DNA of 64,000 nt, from positions 22,808-86,807 of the forward strand of contig PKTF01000405.1 in NCBI GenBank assembly GCA_002869275.1, written 5' to 3'. The notes beneath the pieces were generated by a model, which saw only the letters and a list, made by a program, of their open reading frames with translations, was not told the origin of the DNA and searched no databases. Both the position numbers and the translations under genes were made by a program. The stretch is from Ignavibacteria bacterium (lineage in GTDB: Bacteria; Bacteroidota; Ignavibacteria; SZUA-365). Of this stretch, positions 39,586-48,792 are shown one piece after another. The first letter of the stretch is position 1. Every line of letters starts with the position of its first letter.

Positions 39586-40617
39586 ATGCAGCCCGACTCC
39601 CCTCCCTTGCTCGACGTACGAAATCTGACTACGACGTTTGAAACCGACGAAGGGGTTGCCAATGCGGTGGATGATGTGTCGTTCAGTCTGTACAAGGGTG
39701 AAACTCTCGGTATTGTCGGGGAGTCCGGCTGTGGCAAGACGGTCACGGCGATGTCCATCATGCGGTTGATTCGCTCGCCCGGCCATATCGCCGGCGGAGA
39801 GATCATCCTCAACGGACGCAACCTGCTCGACCTGACAGAGAGAGAGATGCGTTCGGTACGCGGCAACGAGGTCGGAATGGTGTTTCAGGAAGCGATGACT
39901 TCTCTGAATCCGGTGTTCACCATCGGTGACCAGCTGACGGAAGTCTCTCTCTACCACCGTGGCAGCAGCTGGTCAGACGCCTACGACTGTTCCGTCGACA
40001 TGCTGGCGCGTGTCGGCATTTCCGATCCCCACGCGGTCATGACATCCTATCCCCATCAACTATCCGGGGGGATGCGTCAGCGCGCACTCATCGCCATGGG
40101 ACTGGTGGCAAATCCAGGTCTCCTCATTCTCGATGAGCCCACGACAGCGATCGACGTGACGGTGCAGGCGCAGGTGCTCAACCTCATCAACGATCTGAAA
40201 AAAGAATTCGGAATGACCGTCCTGCTTATCACGCATGACCTGGGCGTGGTTGCGGAGGTGTGCGATCGCGTCGCGATCATGTATGCTTCACACATCGTGG
40301 AGTGCGGCACGGTGCATAATATTTATCATTCCCCCCGACATCCGTATACATTGGGACTTCTTGCATCCATCCCTTCTTTTCACCTTCCGAAAGAAATACT
40401 GACCATCATTCCCGGTCAGGTACCTCGCCCGACCAATTATCCTCCCGGGTGCAATTTTCATTCCCGTTGTAACTTCGCTACGGAATCCTGTGTCATACAT
40501 GAGCCGACGATGACGGAAATGAGCAGCCAGCATCACATCGCCTGCTGGAACTGGGAAGACGTCACTCCGCCCGCGAGCCTCCATCGCGCCGGTATCGGCG
40601 ACCGGAACTGTGAATAA
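39586..40617 (+). CDS. oppD: Oligopeptide/dipeptide ABC transporter ATP-binding protein
   Basis: GESGCGKT, LSGGMRQR, DEPTT, HPYT and the C-terminal Cys-rich oligo_HPY domain. Confidence 0.92.
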   Translation: MQPDSPPLLDVRNLTTTFETDEGVANAVDDVSFSLYKGETLGIVGESGCGKTVTAMSIMRLIRSPGHIAGGEIILNGRNLLDLTEREMRSVRGNEVGMVFQEAMTSLNPVFTIGDQLTEVSLYHRGSSWSDAYDCSVDMLARVGISDPHAVMTSYPHQLSGGMRQRALIAMGLVANPGLLILDEPTTAIDVTVQAQVLNLINDLKKEFGMTVLLITHDLGVVAEVCDRVAIMYASHIVECGTVHNIYHSPRHPYTLGLLASIPSFHLPKEILTIIPGQVPRPTNYPPGCNFHSRCNFATESCVIHEPTMTEMSSQHHIACWNWEDVTPPASLHRAGIGDRNCE

Positions 40618-40728
40618 TATTCCCTTGTTATTGAATCTGATAGCTCTTAACGTCATCTAACTGATTGACTTGTCTCGCTTAAGAGACCCCGTACAAAAAA
40701 ACAACGCTACTCTCCACGAGGAATCTCT

Positions 40729-43700
40729 ATGATCAGGACGATTCTCACTGTCTTTTCCATTCTCATGCTGACGGCAGGCCTGAACGCCCAGCACACGCAC
40801 GAGGACGAAGGAATTGCCATCCCTCTCCCCAACCAGCTGAAGCTGGTCACGCAGGCAGATGTGCAGGAAAGCATGTCTCTGAGCAAGGCGCATAACGCCT
40901 TCCGCAGCTTTGCTGTCAATAACAGCGACTGGGAGTTCCGCTATGACGCCATGCGGCGCACACCGCATCGCGCATGGGGTTCCGGTATCCGCATTGAAGG
41001 ATATCCTTCGATCAACCTGCTCAATGCCCCGCAGGCAGGAAAGCAGTTCATCGACACCCATGCTGGCATCTTGAACGTCAATCCCGCCAATCTGCGCCTT
41101 CTCTACTCGGAGATCGTGAGCGGAAAGGCCTATCAGAAATACATACAGACCTATAACGGCATCGATGTTCTTGACTCGTATGTCGATCTGCGCATCAGCC
41201 GCGACGCCCGCGTATTCATGTTCGGCAGCGATTTTCATCCGCGAATCGACGTAAATACCATACCGGCGGTTTCTCTCGACGCTGCGCGCGAATTCGCGAA
41301 AGCGGGACTTCCGTATACGCCGTCGAACGACCATGTCACTGGCGGCACGATGTACGTTCTGCCGCTCCAGTACAGCGATCATATCGATTACCGCCTCGTG
41401 TATAATTTCCAGGTCGCAGCGGCCCAGGACGAATTGTGGGACACGTATGTCGATGCGCACTCCGGCAACATCATCTGGCGTCACGACCTGATCACGCATT
41501 TTCACGGCGGGAAATCGGGCATCAACGGTGCCGCCAACGTCGTGAACGGTCGCGTGATGATCAAAATCTATCCGGAATCGTACACGGATGAGGAAGTGTC
41601 GGTACCACTGAAGAACGCCTATGTCTGGGTTTCCGGCACCATGTACACCACGGATGCCGAGGGACGCTTCACCGCCGATCTGGGCAGTAATACTACCGGA
41701 CAGCTCGTTACACGCCTCACCGGTCCGTATGCGATCGTACGCCGCGATGACACGACGCGCGTCTCGGGCGGTTCTCCGGCCAATGCCTATCAGACCGTCT
41801 CGGTCGCTTCGGGACAAAATCTTGAAGTGGTCTGGGACAATTCGAATTCCATCGCATCCGAGCGCAACACGTTCTATCACATGAATCTCGTGCGAGATTT
41901 TTCGCGCGCCCTCGATGCTTCGGCCAACAACAATCGCCTCGATGTTCAGATTCCGGGACTCGTGGAAATCAACAGCCAGTGCAACGCGTTTTTCGACGGT
42001 ACAGGCGTTAATTTCTTCCAGTCGAGCCTGCAGTGTGGAAACACAGGAGAAATCTCTTCCGTCATCCATCACGAAATGGGGCACGGAATTCACATCTGGC
42101 TCACGGCAAAACTGACTGGTCGCGGACCGGTGAACGGAGCGATTAAAGAAGCCGTCGCCGACCTGACCACCAATATGCTTCGCGACGACCCGCGCATCGG
42201 TGTTGGTTTCATGAAGGGACAGTCGAACGGTGGTATTATCCGGAACTCGGAAAACACCCTCCGCTACCCTGAAGATGTTGTCAATGAGATTCACGACGAC
42301 GGTATGATTCTTACTGGTGCGGTGTGGGACGTCCGCAAAGCCATCGGACTTGAGCGCACCAGTCAGTTGTACCACGATGTCATGTACGGAACTCCAGATG
42401 GTGTTCAGCTCGGCGTCGCACTGGCGGACTATTTCGTAGAATTTCTCGTCGCGGATGACGATGACGGCGACCTCAGCAACGGGACTCCGAACAGCGAAGC
42501 CATCATCACCGCATTCAACGATCACGGTATCCCGGGTTCAGCCATCCAGATCGTGCACGGCGGCATGACCGATCAGAACAGCGTGACGGAGCCGTATGAT
42601 ATCGTCGGTGTCGCAAAAATCGGCGGTGACATCAACATGGACCTCCTGAACATCAATCGTGTTGATATCGTTTACTCCGCAGACAATTGGGCCAGCAGTG
42701 AGCGAATTACTGCTTCCTACAACCCTTCGACGCAGTCATTCACGGGCAGCGTTCCGCCTCAGAAGGCTGGAACGATCGTGCATTATTACATCGAAGCCCA
42801 TGATAACTACGGCACCTCACTTCGGGATCCCATGGGTGCCCCGCAAACCGATTACATTTTCCTGGTCGGCTACAAGAGCGTGTACATGCATGACGGCGCG
42901 TCCGAGGACGGCTGGAAGGTCATTTCCGATGCGACCACCGGCGAATGGATCCTCGATGAACCCGTTGGCACGTGGAACACGCAACTCGGGCAGGAAGGCT
43001 CCGTCCCCTACGTGCAGCCCAATGAAGATCACACCCCTGGCGCTGCGAACACACAGTGCTGGGTCACCGGCAACGCGGCGCGCGGCGCTGGTCTCGGAAC
43101 CAACGATGTGGATGATGGCGAGACCTGGCTTGTATCCGGTAAAATTGACATCTCGGGCATGAGCGAACCGGTTCTGCGTTATTTCCGCTGGTTCTCGAAC
43201 GATGCCGGTGCTACGCCGGGTACGGATTTCTGGACGGTGCAGCTCTCTTCGAACGGAGGAGGCTCTTGGGAGTATCTCGAGCGCACGAAAGCGGCCGACG
43301 CATCGTGGAAGCCCCGCGTCTACGTACTTTCGGAGCTTATCGACTTCACCGATGAAATGGTCGTCCAGTTCATCGCGGCCGATAACGGCGAAGGCTCTCT
43401 GATCGAAGCAGCTGTGGACGACATCGAAGTGCTCGATATCGATGCCTCGCTTCTGGACGTTGATGATCAGCCGCTTCCGCTGCAGCTCACGCTCGCACAG
43501 AACTATCCGAATCCCTTCAATCCCGCGACGACGATTTCCTATTCCCTGCCCCAGGCAGGAGATGTCAGGCTGACCGTCTACAACAGTCTCGGTGATGAGG
43601 TTCGCACGCTGGTCAATACCTATCAGAGTGCCGGAACACATGCGCTCGTGTTCGATGCGGATGAACTGGCCTCCGGTCTCTATGTGTACGAACTTCGCGC

Positions 43701-43743
43701 CGGGGGCAAGCGCCTGACGCGGAAAATGATGCTGCTCGAATAA
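40729..43743 (+). CDS. T9SS-sorted thermolysin/fungalysin-like (M4/M36) metalloprotease
   Basis: Signal peptide, FTP/PepSY-like prodomain (YVDAHSG), CNAFF, HEMGH, GAIKEAVAD, EIHDDG; C-terminal domain LAQNYPNPFNP...KMMLLE. Confidence 0.88.
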   Translation: MIRTILTVFSILMLTAGLNAQHTHEDEGIAIPLPNQLKLVTQADVQESMSLSKAHNAFRSFAVNNSDWEFRYDAMRRTPHRAWGSGIRIEGYPSINLLNAPQAGKQFIDTHAGILNVNPANLRLLYSEIVSGKAYQKYIQTYNGIDVLDSYVDLRISRDARVFMFGSDFHPRIDVNTIPAVSLDAAREFAKAGLPYTPSNDHVTGGTMYVLPLQYSDHIDYRLVYNFQVAAAQDELWDTYVDAHSGNIIWRHDLITHFHGGKSGINGAANVVNGRVMIKIYPESYTDEEVSVPLKNAYVWVSGTMYTTDAEGRFTADLGSNTTGQLVTRLTGPYAIVRRDDTTRVSGGSPANAYQTVSVASGQNLEVVWDNSNSIASERNTFYHMNLVRDFSRALDASANNNRLDVQIPGLVEINSQCNAFFDGTGVNFFQSSLQCGNTGEISSVIHHEMGHGIHIWLTAKLTGRGPVNGAIKEAVADLTTNMLRDDPRIGVGFMKGQSNGGIIRNSENTLRYPEDVVNEIHDDGMILTGAVWDVRKAIGLERTSQLYHDVMYGTPDGVQLGVALADYFVEFLVADDDDGDLSNGTPNSEAIITAFNDHGIPGSAIQIVHGGMTDQNSVTEPYDIVGVAKIGGDINMDLLNINRVDIVYSADNWASSERITASYNPSTQSFTGSVPPQKAGTIVHYYIEAHDNYGTSLRDPMGAPQTDYIFLVGYKSVYMHDGASEDGWKVISDATTGEWILDEPVGTWNTQLGQEGSVPYVQPNEDHTPGAANTQCWVTGNAARGAGLGTNDVDDGETWLVSGKIDISGMSEPVLRYFRWFSNDAGATPGTDFWTVQLSSNGGGSWEYLERTKAADASWKPRVYVLSELIDFTDEMVVQFIAADNGEGSLIEAAVDDIEVLDIDASLLDVDDQPLPLQLTLAQNYPNPFNPATTISYSLPQAGDVRLTVYNSLGDEVRTLVNTYQSAGTHALVFDADELASGLYVYELRAGGKRLTRKMMLLE

Positions 43744-43766
43744 GCGGTACGCATTTCTTATGCTTT

Positions 43767-43799
43767 CAAAGGGCGGTTCAACGGACCGCCCTTTGTTTT
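43767..43799 (+). terminator. Intrinsic terminator
   Basis: CAAAGGGCGGTTC-aac-GGACCGCCCTTTG followed by TTTT. Confidence 0.8.
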
Positions 43800-43831
43800 G
43801 CCTCCACCCGGGAAAGTGCGTAGCTTGCAGG

Positions 43832-44836
43832 ATGATGAAAATGCATCACTACCCCTATTCCTATTATACGCTCATCCTCGCCCTCTTGTTCGTTTCCTGT
43901 TCCAGCAAGGATGAAGCCGCGAATGAGATTCAACTGTTTTTCCCTCCGGCGCAGTATCCGGAATTCAGCGGTACACGTGCCCATGAATTTATTGTCGAGC
44001 AGGTCGCGTTTGGTCCGCGAGTACCGGGTACTCCCTCGCACGACTCCTGCCGAGCATACTTCGTATCGTACTTCGAGGACCTCGGATTCGACGTGGAGCA
44101 GCAGCAGTTTTCCCTCCTTGGATATGAGAACAACAGACTTCCTCTGACCAATATCATCGTACACGTCAATCCCTCGGCGCAACGCAGGATTCTCCTGGCT
44201 GCACACTGGGACACCCGTCCATGGGCAGATATGGATCCCGATCCCGCGTCGCGGGACCTTCCCATTCCCGGGGCGAATGACGGTGGCAGCGGTGTGGCAG
44301 TGCTCATGGAAGCCGCGCGGCATTTTGCCGAGACACCCCCGTCCGTCGGAGTCGACATTGTTCTCTTCGACGGAGAAGATTATGGACGCGACGGGGACGA
44401 ATCGATGTTCTGCCTGGGTTCAAAGTATTATGCCGCGGCCCACAGCGGACAGCGTCCCCTCTTCGGCATGATTCTCGATCTCGTCGGTGATATCGACGCG
44501 GAATTCCCACGCGAACAATTCTCAAGTGCATACGCTCAGGACATTCAAAATCTCGTTTGGTCGGCCGCCGAAAGCTTGGGACTGAACCGTTTCACAAATC
44601 GACAGCACGGCGCCGTACTCGATGACCACGTATCCCTCAACAAGGTTGCAGGGATTAAAACCATCGATATCATCGATGCGACTCTTGTCGGTCACGACAA
44701 AAGCAGTGAGCGGCGCCAATACTGGCATACATTAAACGACACCCCCGATCAATGCTCTGCAGCAACGCTCGAGGAAGTCGGCAGACTGGTGTTATATATT
44801 ACATATGGAATCAACGGTGACAGCAAGCAATCCTGA
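43832..44836 (+). CDS. M28-family lipoprotein, probable glutaminyl-peptide cyclotransferase
   Basis: Lipobox FVS-C; AHWDTRP, GANDGGSGV, FDGEDYG, DDH, WHT; putative promoter TTGCCT-17-TAGCTT at 43798-43826. Confidence 0.88.
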   Translation: MMKMHHYPYSYYTLILALLFVSCSSKDEAANEIQLFFPPAQYPEFSGTRAHEFIVEQVAFGPRVPGTPSHDSCRAYFVSYFEDLGFDVEQQQFSLLGYENNRLPLTNIIVHVNPSAQRRILLAAHWDTRPWADMDPDPASRDLPIPGANDGGSGVAVLMEAARHFAETPPSVGVDIVLFDGEDYGRDGDESMFCLGSKYYAAAHSGQRPLFGMILDLVGDIDAEFPREQFSSAYAQDIQNLVWSAAESLGLNRFTNRQHGAVLDDHVSLNKVAGIKTIDIIDATLVGHDKSSERRQYWHTLNDTPDQCSAATLEEVGRLVLYITYGINGDSKQS

Positions 44837-45674
44837 ACGAGCAAGTTTCGTCCGCGTGCGTTTCGCACGTTCCGGTCACGACGATGATATTCAAGCCTTT
44901 TTTATCGGACAAGATGCACTCGGCTTTCTTGAAGACGAGGATTGGTGGGAAGCCTATTTCTCTGCCACGCTGTGGTCCGAGGTAGAGCGCGGCATGCGTG
45001 ACATGTTTACGAGGATGGACATCACTACCGAATACGGCGTTGACGAATTCAAGGATGAGAACTGGAACGCGTTATGGGAAAGCAGCATCAAGCCCATACA
45101 GGTTTCCGAGAGTATCCTTATTACGCCGTCATGGCATCAACCGCCTGCTGGATACGACGGACTGAAACTCGTCATCGATCCGAAGATGTCTTTCGGCACG
45201 GGCTACCACGCCACAACACGGCTGATGCTTCGCCTGCTCGAGCGGTGCATTCGGAAAGACGATCGCATCCTCGATGTCGGCACCGGAACCGGCGTGCTGG
45301 CTATTGCCGGGGTCATGCTTGGAGGGAAGCACGCCGATGGCGTTGACATTGATGAGTGGTCTTACGATAACGCCATGGAGAACGCGCTGCGGAACGGCAC
45401 CGAGACGCAGACACGCTTTTTCCACGGCTCCATGGAACATGCGTCAGGACAGTACGATTGCATACTGTCGAACATCACGAAGCTCGATAACATGGATATG
45501 CTGCCCGGCTTTGAAGCCCTGCTCAGTCCCGGCGGGCGTATGATATTGTCAGGGTTCTATTCCACCGACGTCGATGACGTTCGTACGGTTGCCGAACAGC
45601 TAGGAATGCGATGTCAAGAGGAAATTCGTGAAGATGAATGGTCGGCAATTCTGATCATTCGGGAGGACGCATGA
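44805..45674 (+). CDS. prmA: 50S ribosomal protein L11 methyltransferase
   Basis: ENWN..W, IDPKMSFGTGYHATT, LDVGTGTGVL. Confidence 0.95.
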   Translation: MESTVTASNPERASFVRVRFARSGHDDDIQAFFIGQDALGFLEDEDWWEAYFSATLWSEVERGMRDMFTRMDITTEYGVDEFKDENWNALWESSIKPIQVSESILITPSWHQPPAGYDGLKLVIDPKMSFGTGYHATTRLMLRLLERCIRKDDRILDVGTGTGVLAIAGVMLGGKHADGVDIDEWSYDNAMENALRNGTETQTRFFHGSMEHASGQYDCILSNITKLDNMDMLPGFEALLSPGGRMILSGFYSTDVDDVRTVAEQLGMRCQEEIREDEWSAILIIREDA

Positions 45675-46609
45675 GAATTGCATCGATTGATATCGGAACG
45701 AACACGATGCTCATGCTCATCGCCGATGTGAATGAGGATGGTTCGTTGACCGTGCTCTCAGACCAGCAGGTCGTTGCACGCGTGGGGAAAGGCGTCAACC
45801 GCACAGGGGCGATCGACTGGAGCGCATTCACACGCAGCGAACAGTACCTGTCGGAGTACCTCGCTGAATCCAGAAATCAGAACGTCGACATCATACGCTG
45901 TACGGGTACCAGCGCACTTCGCGATGCCAAGAACCGTGAAGACTACCTCGAGTACATGCAGCAGAAACTGGGACTGGAGATCGAGATCCTCAGTGGTGAG
46001 GATGAAGCGCTGTGGACATACGGTGGTGCGATTTCAGGTTTTCCGAATCGCAACGGAAGTTTCGCCGTCCTTGATATCGGGGGTGGCAGTACCGAAATGA
46101 CGGTAGGCAAGGGATTTCATATCGATACGCGTATGAGTGTCGACATCGGCTGTGTTCGATTGACGGAGCGTTTCCTCCCACACTCTCCCCCACGCCCTGC
46201 GGAATTGGATGAACTGATCAGTCATCTCGAAAGAGAAATTGACGCATATCCTGTTTTCGATCCTGCCACGACGACGTTCGTCGGCGTCGCGGGCACGGTG
46301 ACCACGCTCGCAGCGCTGGAAATGGGCCTTGAGGAATACGACGGAAAAACGATTTCCGGATTCCGTCTCACCCGTGAAATGATCACGCGACGTTTCGATG
46401 AATTCGCCGCTCTCAGCAGCAAGGACATCGAAACCGTGCTGCGCGTCGATCCCGGGCGAGCGGATATCATCCTCGTCGGCATCGCGATACTGAAGGTCCT
46501 GACGGAAAAGCGTGATCTCCCGGAACTGATCGTGTCGGAACGCGGGCTCCGTTATGGCATTGCTGTTCGTGAATGGGAAAGCGGGCTCGAGCGATCCAGC
46601 ATGTCCTGA
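45671..46609 (+). CDS. ppx: Ppx/GppA family phosphatase (short form)
   Basis: IDIGTNT, TSALRDAKN, SGEDEA, DIGGGSTE, GLRYG. Confidence 0.93.
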   Translation: MRIASIDIGTNTMLMLIADVNEDGSLTVLSDQQVVARVGKGVNRTGAIDWSAFTRSEQYLSEYLAESRNQNVDIIRCTGTSALRDAKNREDYLEYMQQKLGLEIEILSGEDEALWTYGGAISGFPNRNGSFAVLDIGGGSTEMTVGKGFHIDTRMSVDIGCVRLTERFLPHSPPRPAELDELISHLEREIDAYPVFDPATTTFVGVAGTVTTLAALEMGLEEYDGKTISGFRLTREMITRRFDEFAALSSKDIETVLRVDPGRADIILVGIAILKVLTEKRDLPELIVSERGLRYGIAVREWESGLERSSMS

Positions 46610-47754
46610 ATGACCTCAATGAGCACTTCGACACCACGGCGGACCTCGTCTTCCGTTGTCTGCGCTCCATAAGACAGGCGTACAGTTGAAATACTGCTCG
46701 CATCATCATGCCCAATGGCTTTCATGACATGCGACGGAATCACGCTTCCCGCCGTGCAGGCGGAACCGCTGGAAACAGATAGTCCGGACAGATCACAGCG
46801 CGCGGTGATCAGTTCTCCGTCCATGGGATAAGCATCTGCTGGAAACGTAACGCTGCAGATATTGGGAAGTGCGGCATCCCCATCCCCGTTGATGACGATA
46901 TCAGGGAACGCGTTTCCAAGACGTTCTGTCGTGAACATTTTCAGCTTGTTCCAGCGCTGATGCCGCTCGTCCATCTCCAGCACCGCCAGGCGTGCCGCTT
47001 CACCGAGTCCGATGATGCCGATCAGGTTTTCGGTTCCTCCCCTCCTGCCACGTTCCTGAGATCCTCCGACCATCATGGGGTCAACGCTCATCCCCTTCCT
47101 GATATACAGCGCGCCGGCGCCCTTTGGACCGTGGATCTTGTGCGCGGATAGAGAAGCGAAATCAACGTGCAGGTCATGGATGGCTATGGGCAGTTTCCCG
47201 GCACTCTGCACCATGTCGGAATGGAAGAGGCAGCTGTGCGAATCAGCGATAGCCGCCGCCTGCTGAAGGTCCAGGATCCCACCGGTTTCATTGTTCACAT
47301 GCATCAGACTCATGCAGCGATGCAATTGCTCATCGCCGGAAAAAGACGCAGCCACATGATCGAGCCTTGGCACGGCAGAGGAATCGACTCCGATGAAATC
47401 GACGCGAACCGAACGCTCCTCGAGCTGCTCGAGTGGCTGCATTATCGCGTGGTGCTCCGCCTGAGAGGTAAGAAAATGAACCGGTGCCGTTCCCCCGGCT
47501 GCGCCGAGCATCATGTGAATTGCGGCATTGTCGCTTTCCGTCCCACCGCTGGTGAACACCATTTCCGATGCATCCGCTCCCAGAAGTTGAGCGACGTGCT
47601 CGCGCGCTTTTTCGACGGCCGCACGGGCACTGCGACCATGTGCGTGGGCACTCGACGGGTTTCCGAATTCGTCGCGCAGCCCGGGCAGCATCGCGTCGAA
47701 AACGCGCGGGTCTATGGGAGTAGTTGCGGCATTATCGAGATAGATATTCTTCAT
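46552..47754 (-). CDS. iscS: Cysteine desulfurase (group I NifS/IscS)
   Basis: YLDNAATTP, GNPSS, SAHKIHGPKG, SSGSAC. Confidence 0.94.
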   Translation of the reverse strand: MKNIYLDNAATTPIDPRVFDAMLPGLRDEFGNPSSAHAHGRSARAAVEKAREHVAQLLGADASEMVFTSGGTESDNAAIHMMLGAAGGTAPVHFLTSQAEHHAIMQPLEQLEERSVRVDFIGVDSSAVPRLDHVAASFSGDEQLHRCMSLMHVNNETGGILDLQQAAAIADSHSCLFHSDMVQSAGKLPIAIHDLHVDFASLSAHKIHGPKGAGALYIRKGMSVDPMMVGGSQERGRRGGTENLIGIIGLGEAARLAVLEMDERHQRWNKLKMFTTERLGNAFPDIVINGDGDAALPNICSVTFPADAYPMDGELITARCDLSGLSVSSGSACTAGSVIPSHVMKAIGHDDASSISTVRLSYGAQTTEDEVRRGVEVLIEVIQDMLDRSSPLSHSRTAMP

Positions 47755-47759
47755 GTAGT

Positions 47760-48512
47760 TTAAGCTCCTTGATCATCTCGCGTGAAAGCGATATCACCTG
47801 CAAATACTTCGATCTGTTCGCCCTTCGGGTTTCGGACAACAAGTGCTCCGGAGGGAGCGATATCCACGACTGTGACGCGCTGCTGTGCGCCTTTTTCCAA
47901 CTCCATCTCCATTTCTTGCCCGAACATTCTCGAATGCCTCTTCCACTCCTCGAGTATGACCGGATTGCCCTCCTCGGTCCATTGCCGGTACAACGAATCG
48001 AGTTCCTTCGACAATACCGCCAGGACCTCCTCTGTGGAAACCATGCGACCGGTCTCCAGGAGCAGTGATGTCGGCGGCATTCTGTAATCACCGGTGAAGC
48101 TGCGCTGATTCAAGTTGATACCGATGCCGATGACAACCCAGCGACGTATTCCCATCTGTCCTGATTCCACAAGGATACCTGAAATCTTCTTGTCTGCCGA
48201 CAAGACGTCATTAGGCCATTTCAGGTGAAGATCGATCGGAACAAGCGAAGACAATGCGCGCAGCACGGCGACTCCCGACATGAGTGGGATACCGCCCCAG
48301 TCTTCGGGCGGTCGGACGGGCTCAAGAATATAGCTTCCAAGGAAGCTCAGGCCGGTCTCATCCGACCACTGCCTGTCGAGACGACCGCGACCGGCTGTCT
48401 GGTGTTCTGCCGTCACGACAGTGCCTTCTCCTGCTCCGTCACGAAGCAGCGCTCTGGCATGGCTGTTCGTCGAATCGACATCCTTGAGGGCGATATGCAT
48501 ATTTCCCAGCAT
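47760..48512 (-). CDS. birA: Biotin--protein ligase (no HTH)
   Basis: DSTN, QTAGRGR, KWPND, KISGILVE; putative promoter TTGTCT-17-TAGTTT at 48568-48540. Confidence 0.95.
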   Translation of the reverse strand: MLGNMHIALKDVDSTNSHARALLRDGAGEGTVVTAEHQTAGRGRLDRQWSDETGLSFLGSYILEPVRPPEDWGGIPLMSGVAVLRALSSLVPIDLHLKWPNDVLSADKKISGILVESGQMGIRRWVVIGIGINLNQRSFTGDYRMPPTSLLLETGRMVSTEEVLAVLSKELDSLYRQWTEEGNPVILEEWKRHSRMFGQEMEMELEKGAQQRVTVVDIAPSGALVVRNPKGEQIEVFAGDIAFTRDDQGA

Positions 48513-48792
48513 GAATTTCCTCCGGTATACGTAACTTTTAAACTACATCAGGTATGAATCATAGACAAGAAATCATGGGCTGCCGCAGCCATTTGGATGT
48601 GATGGTTTTCGAGGATAAAAGCATGCAACCGCTGTTTCCACCTTGATTTTTACGCGGTATTTGAAGTAGTTTCCAAGATGGAAAGGAGATGCGCGTCTGA
48701 ATTGAATCAAGACGACAATCTTCGAATTTCTCTTCGACAAAGGAATTCCAGCCATATACGATTTACAGCTACACTCAACTTCGAGGTATTCT

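Noticed and set aside
40657-42525. 622-aa minus-strand ORF
   Set aside because: Antisense shadow of the M4/M36 protease gene
69-48512. Dispersed accC/BCCP, carboxyltransferase and birA as one novel cluster
   Set aside because: Separated by tens of kb of unrelated genes; scattered carboxylase subunits are ordinary
48513-48792. 280-nt AT-rich intergenic region as a possible sRNA or riboswitch
   Set aside because: Only short hairpins; explained by two divergent promoters; no recognisable RNA family or terminator
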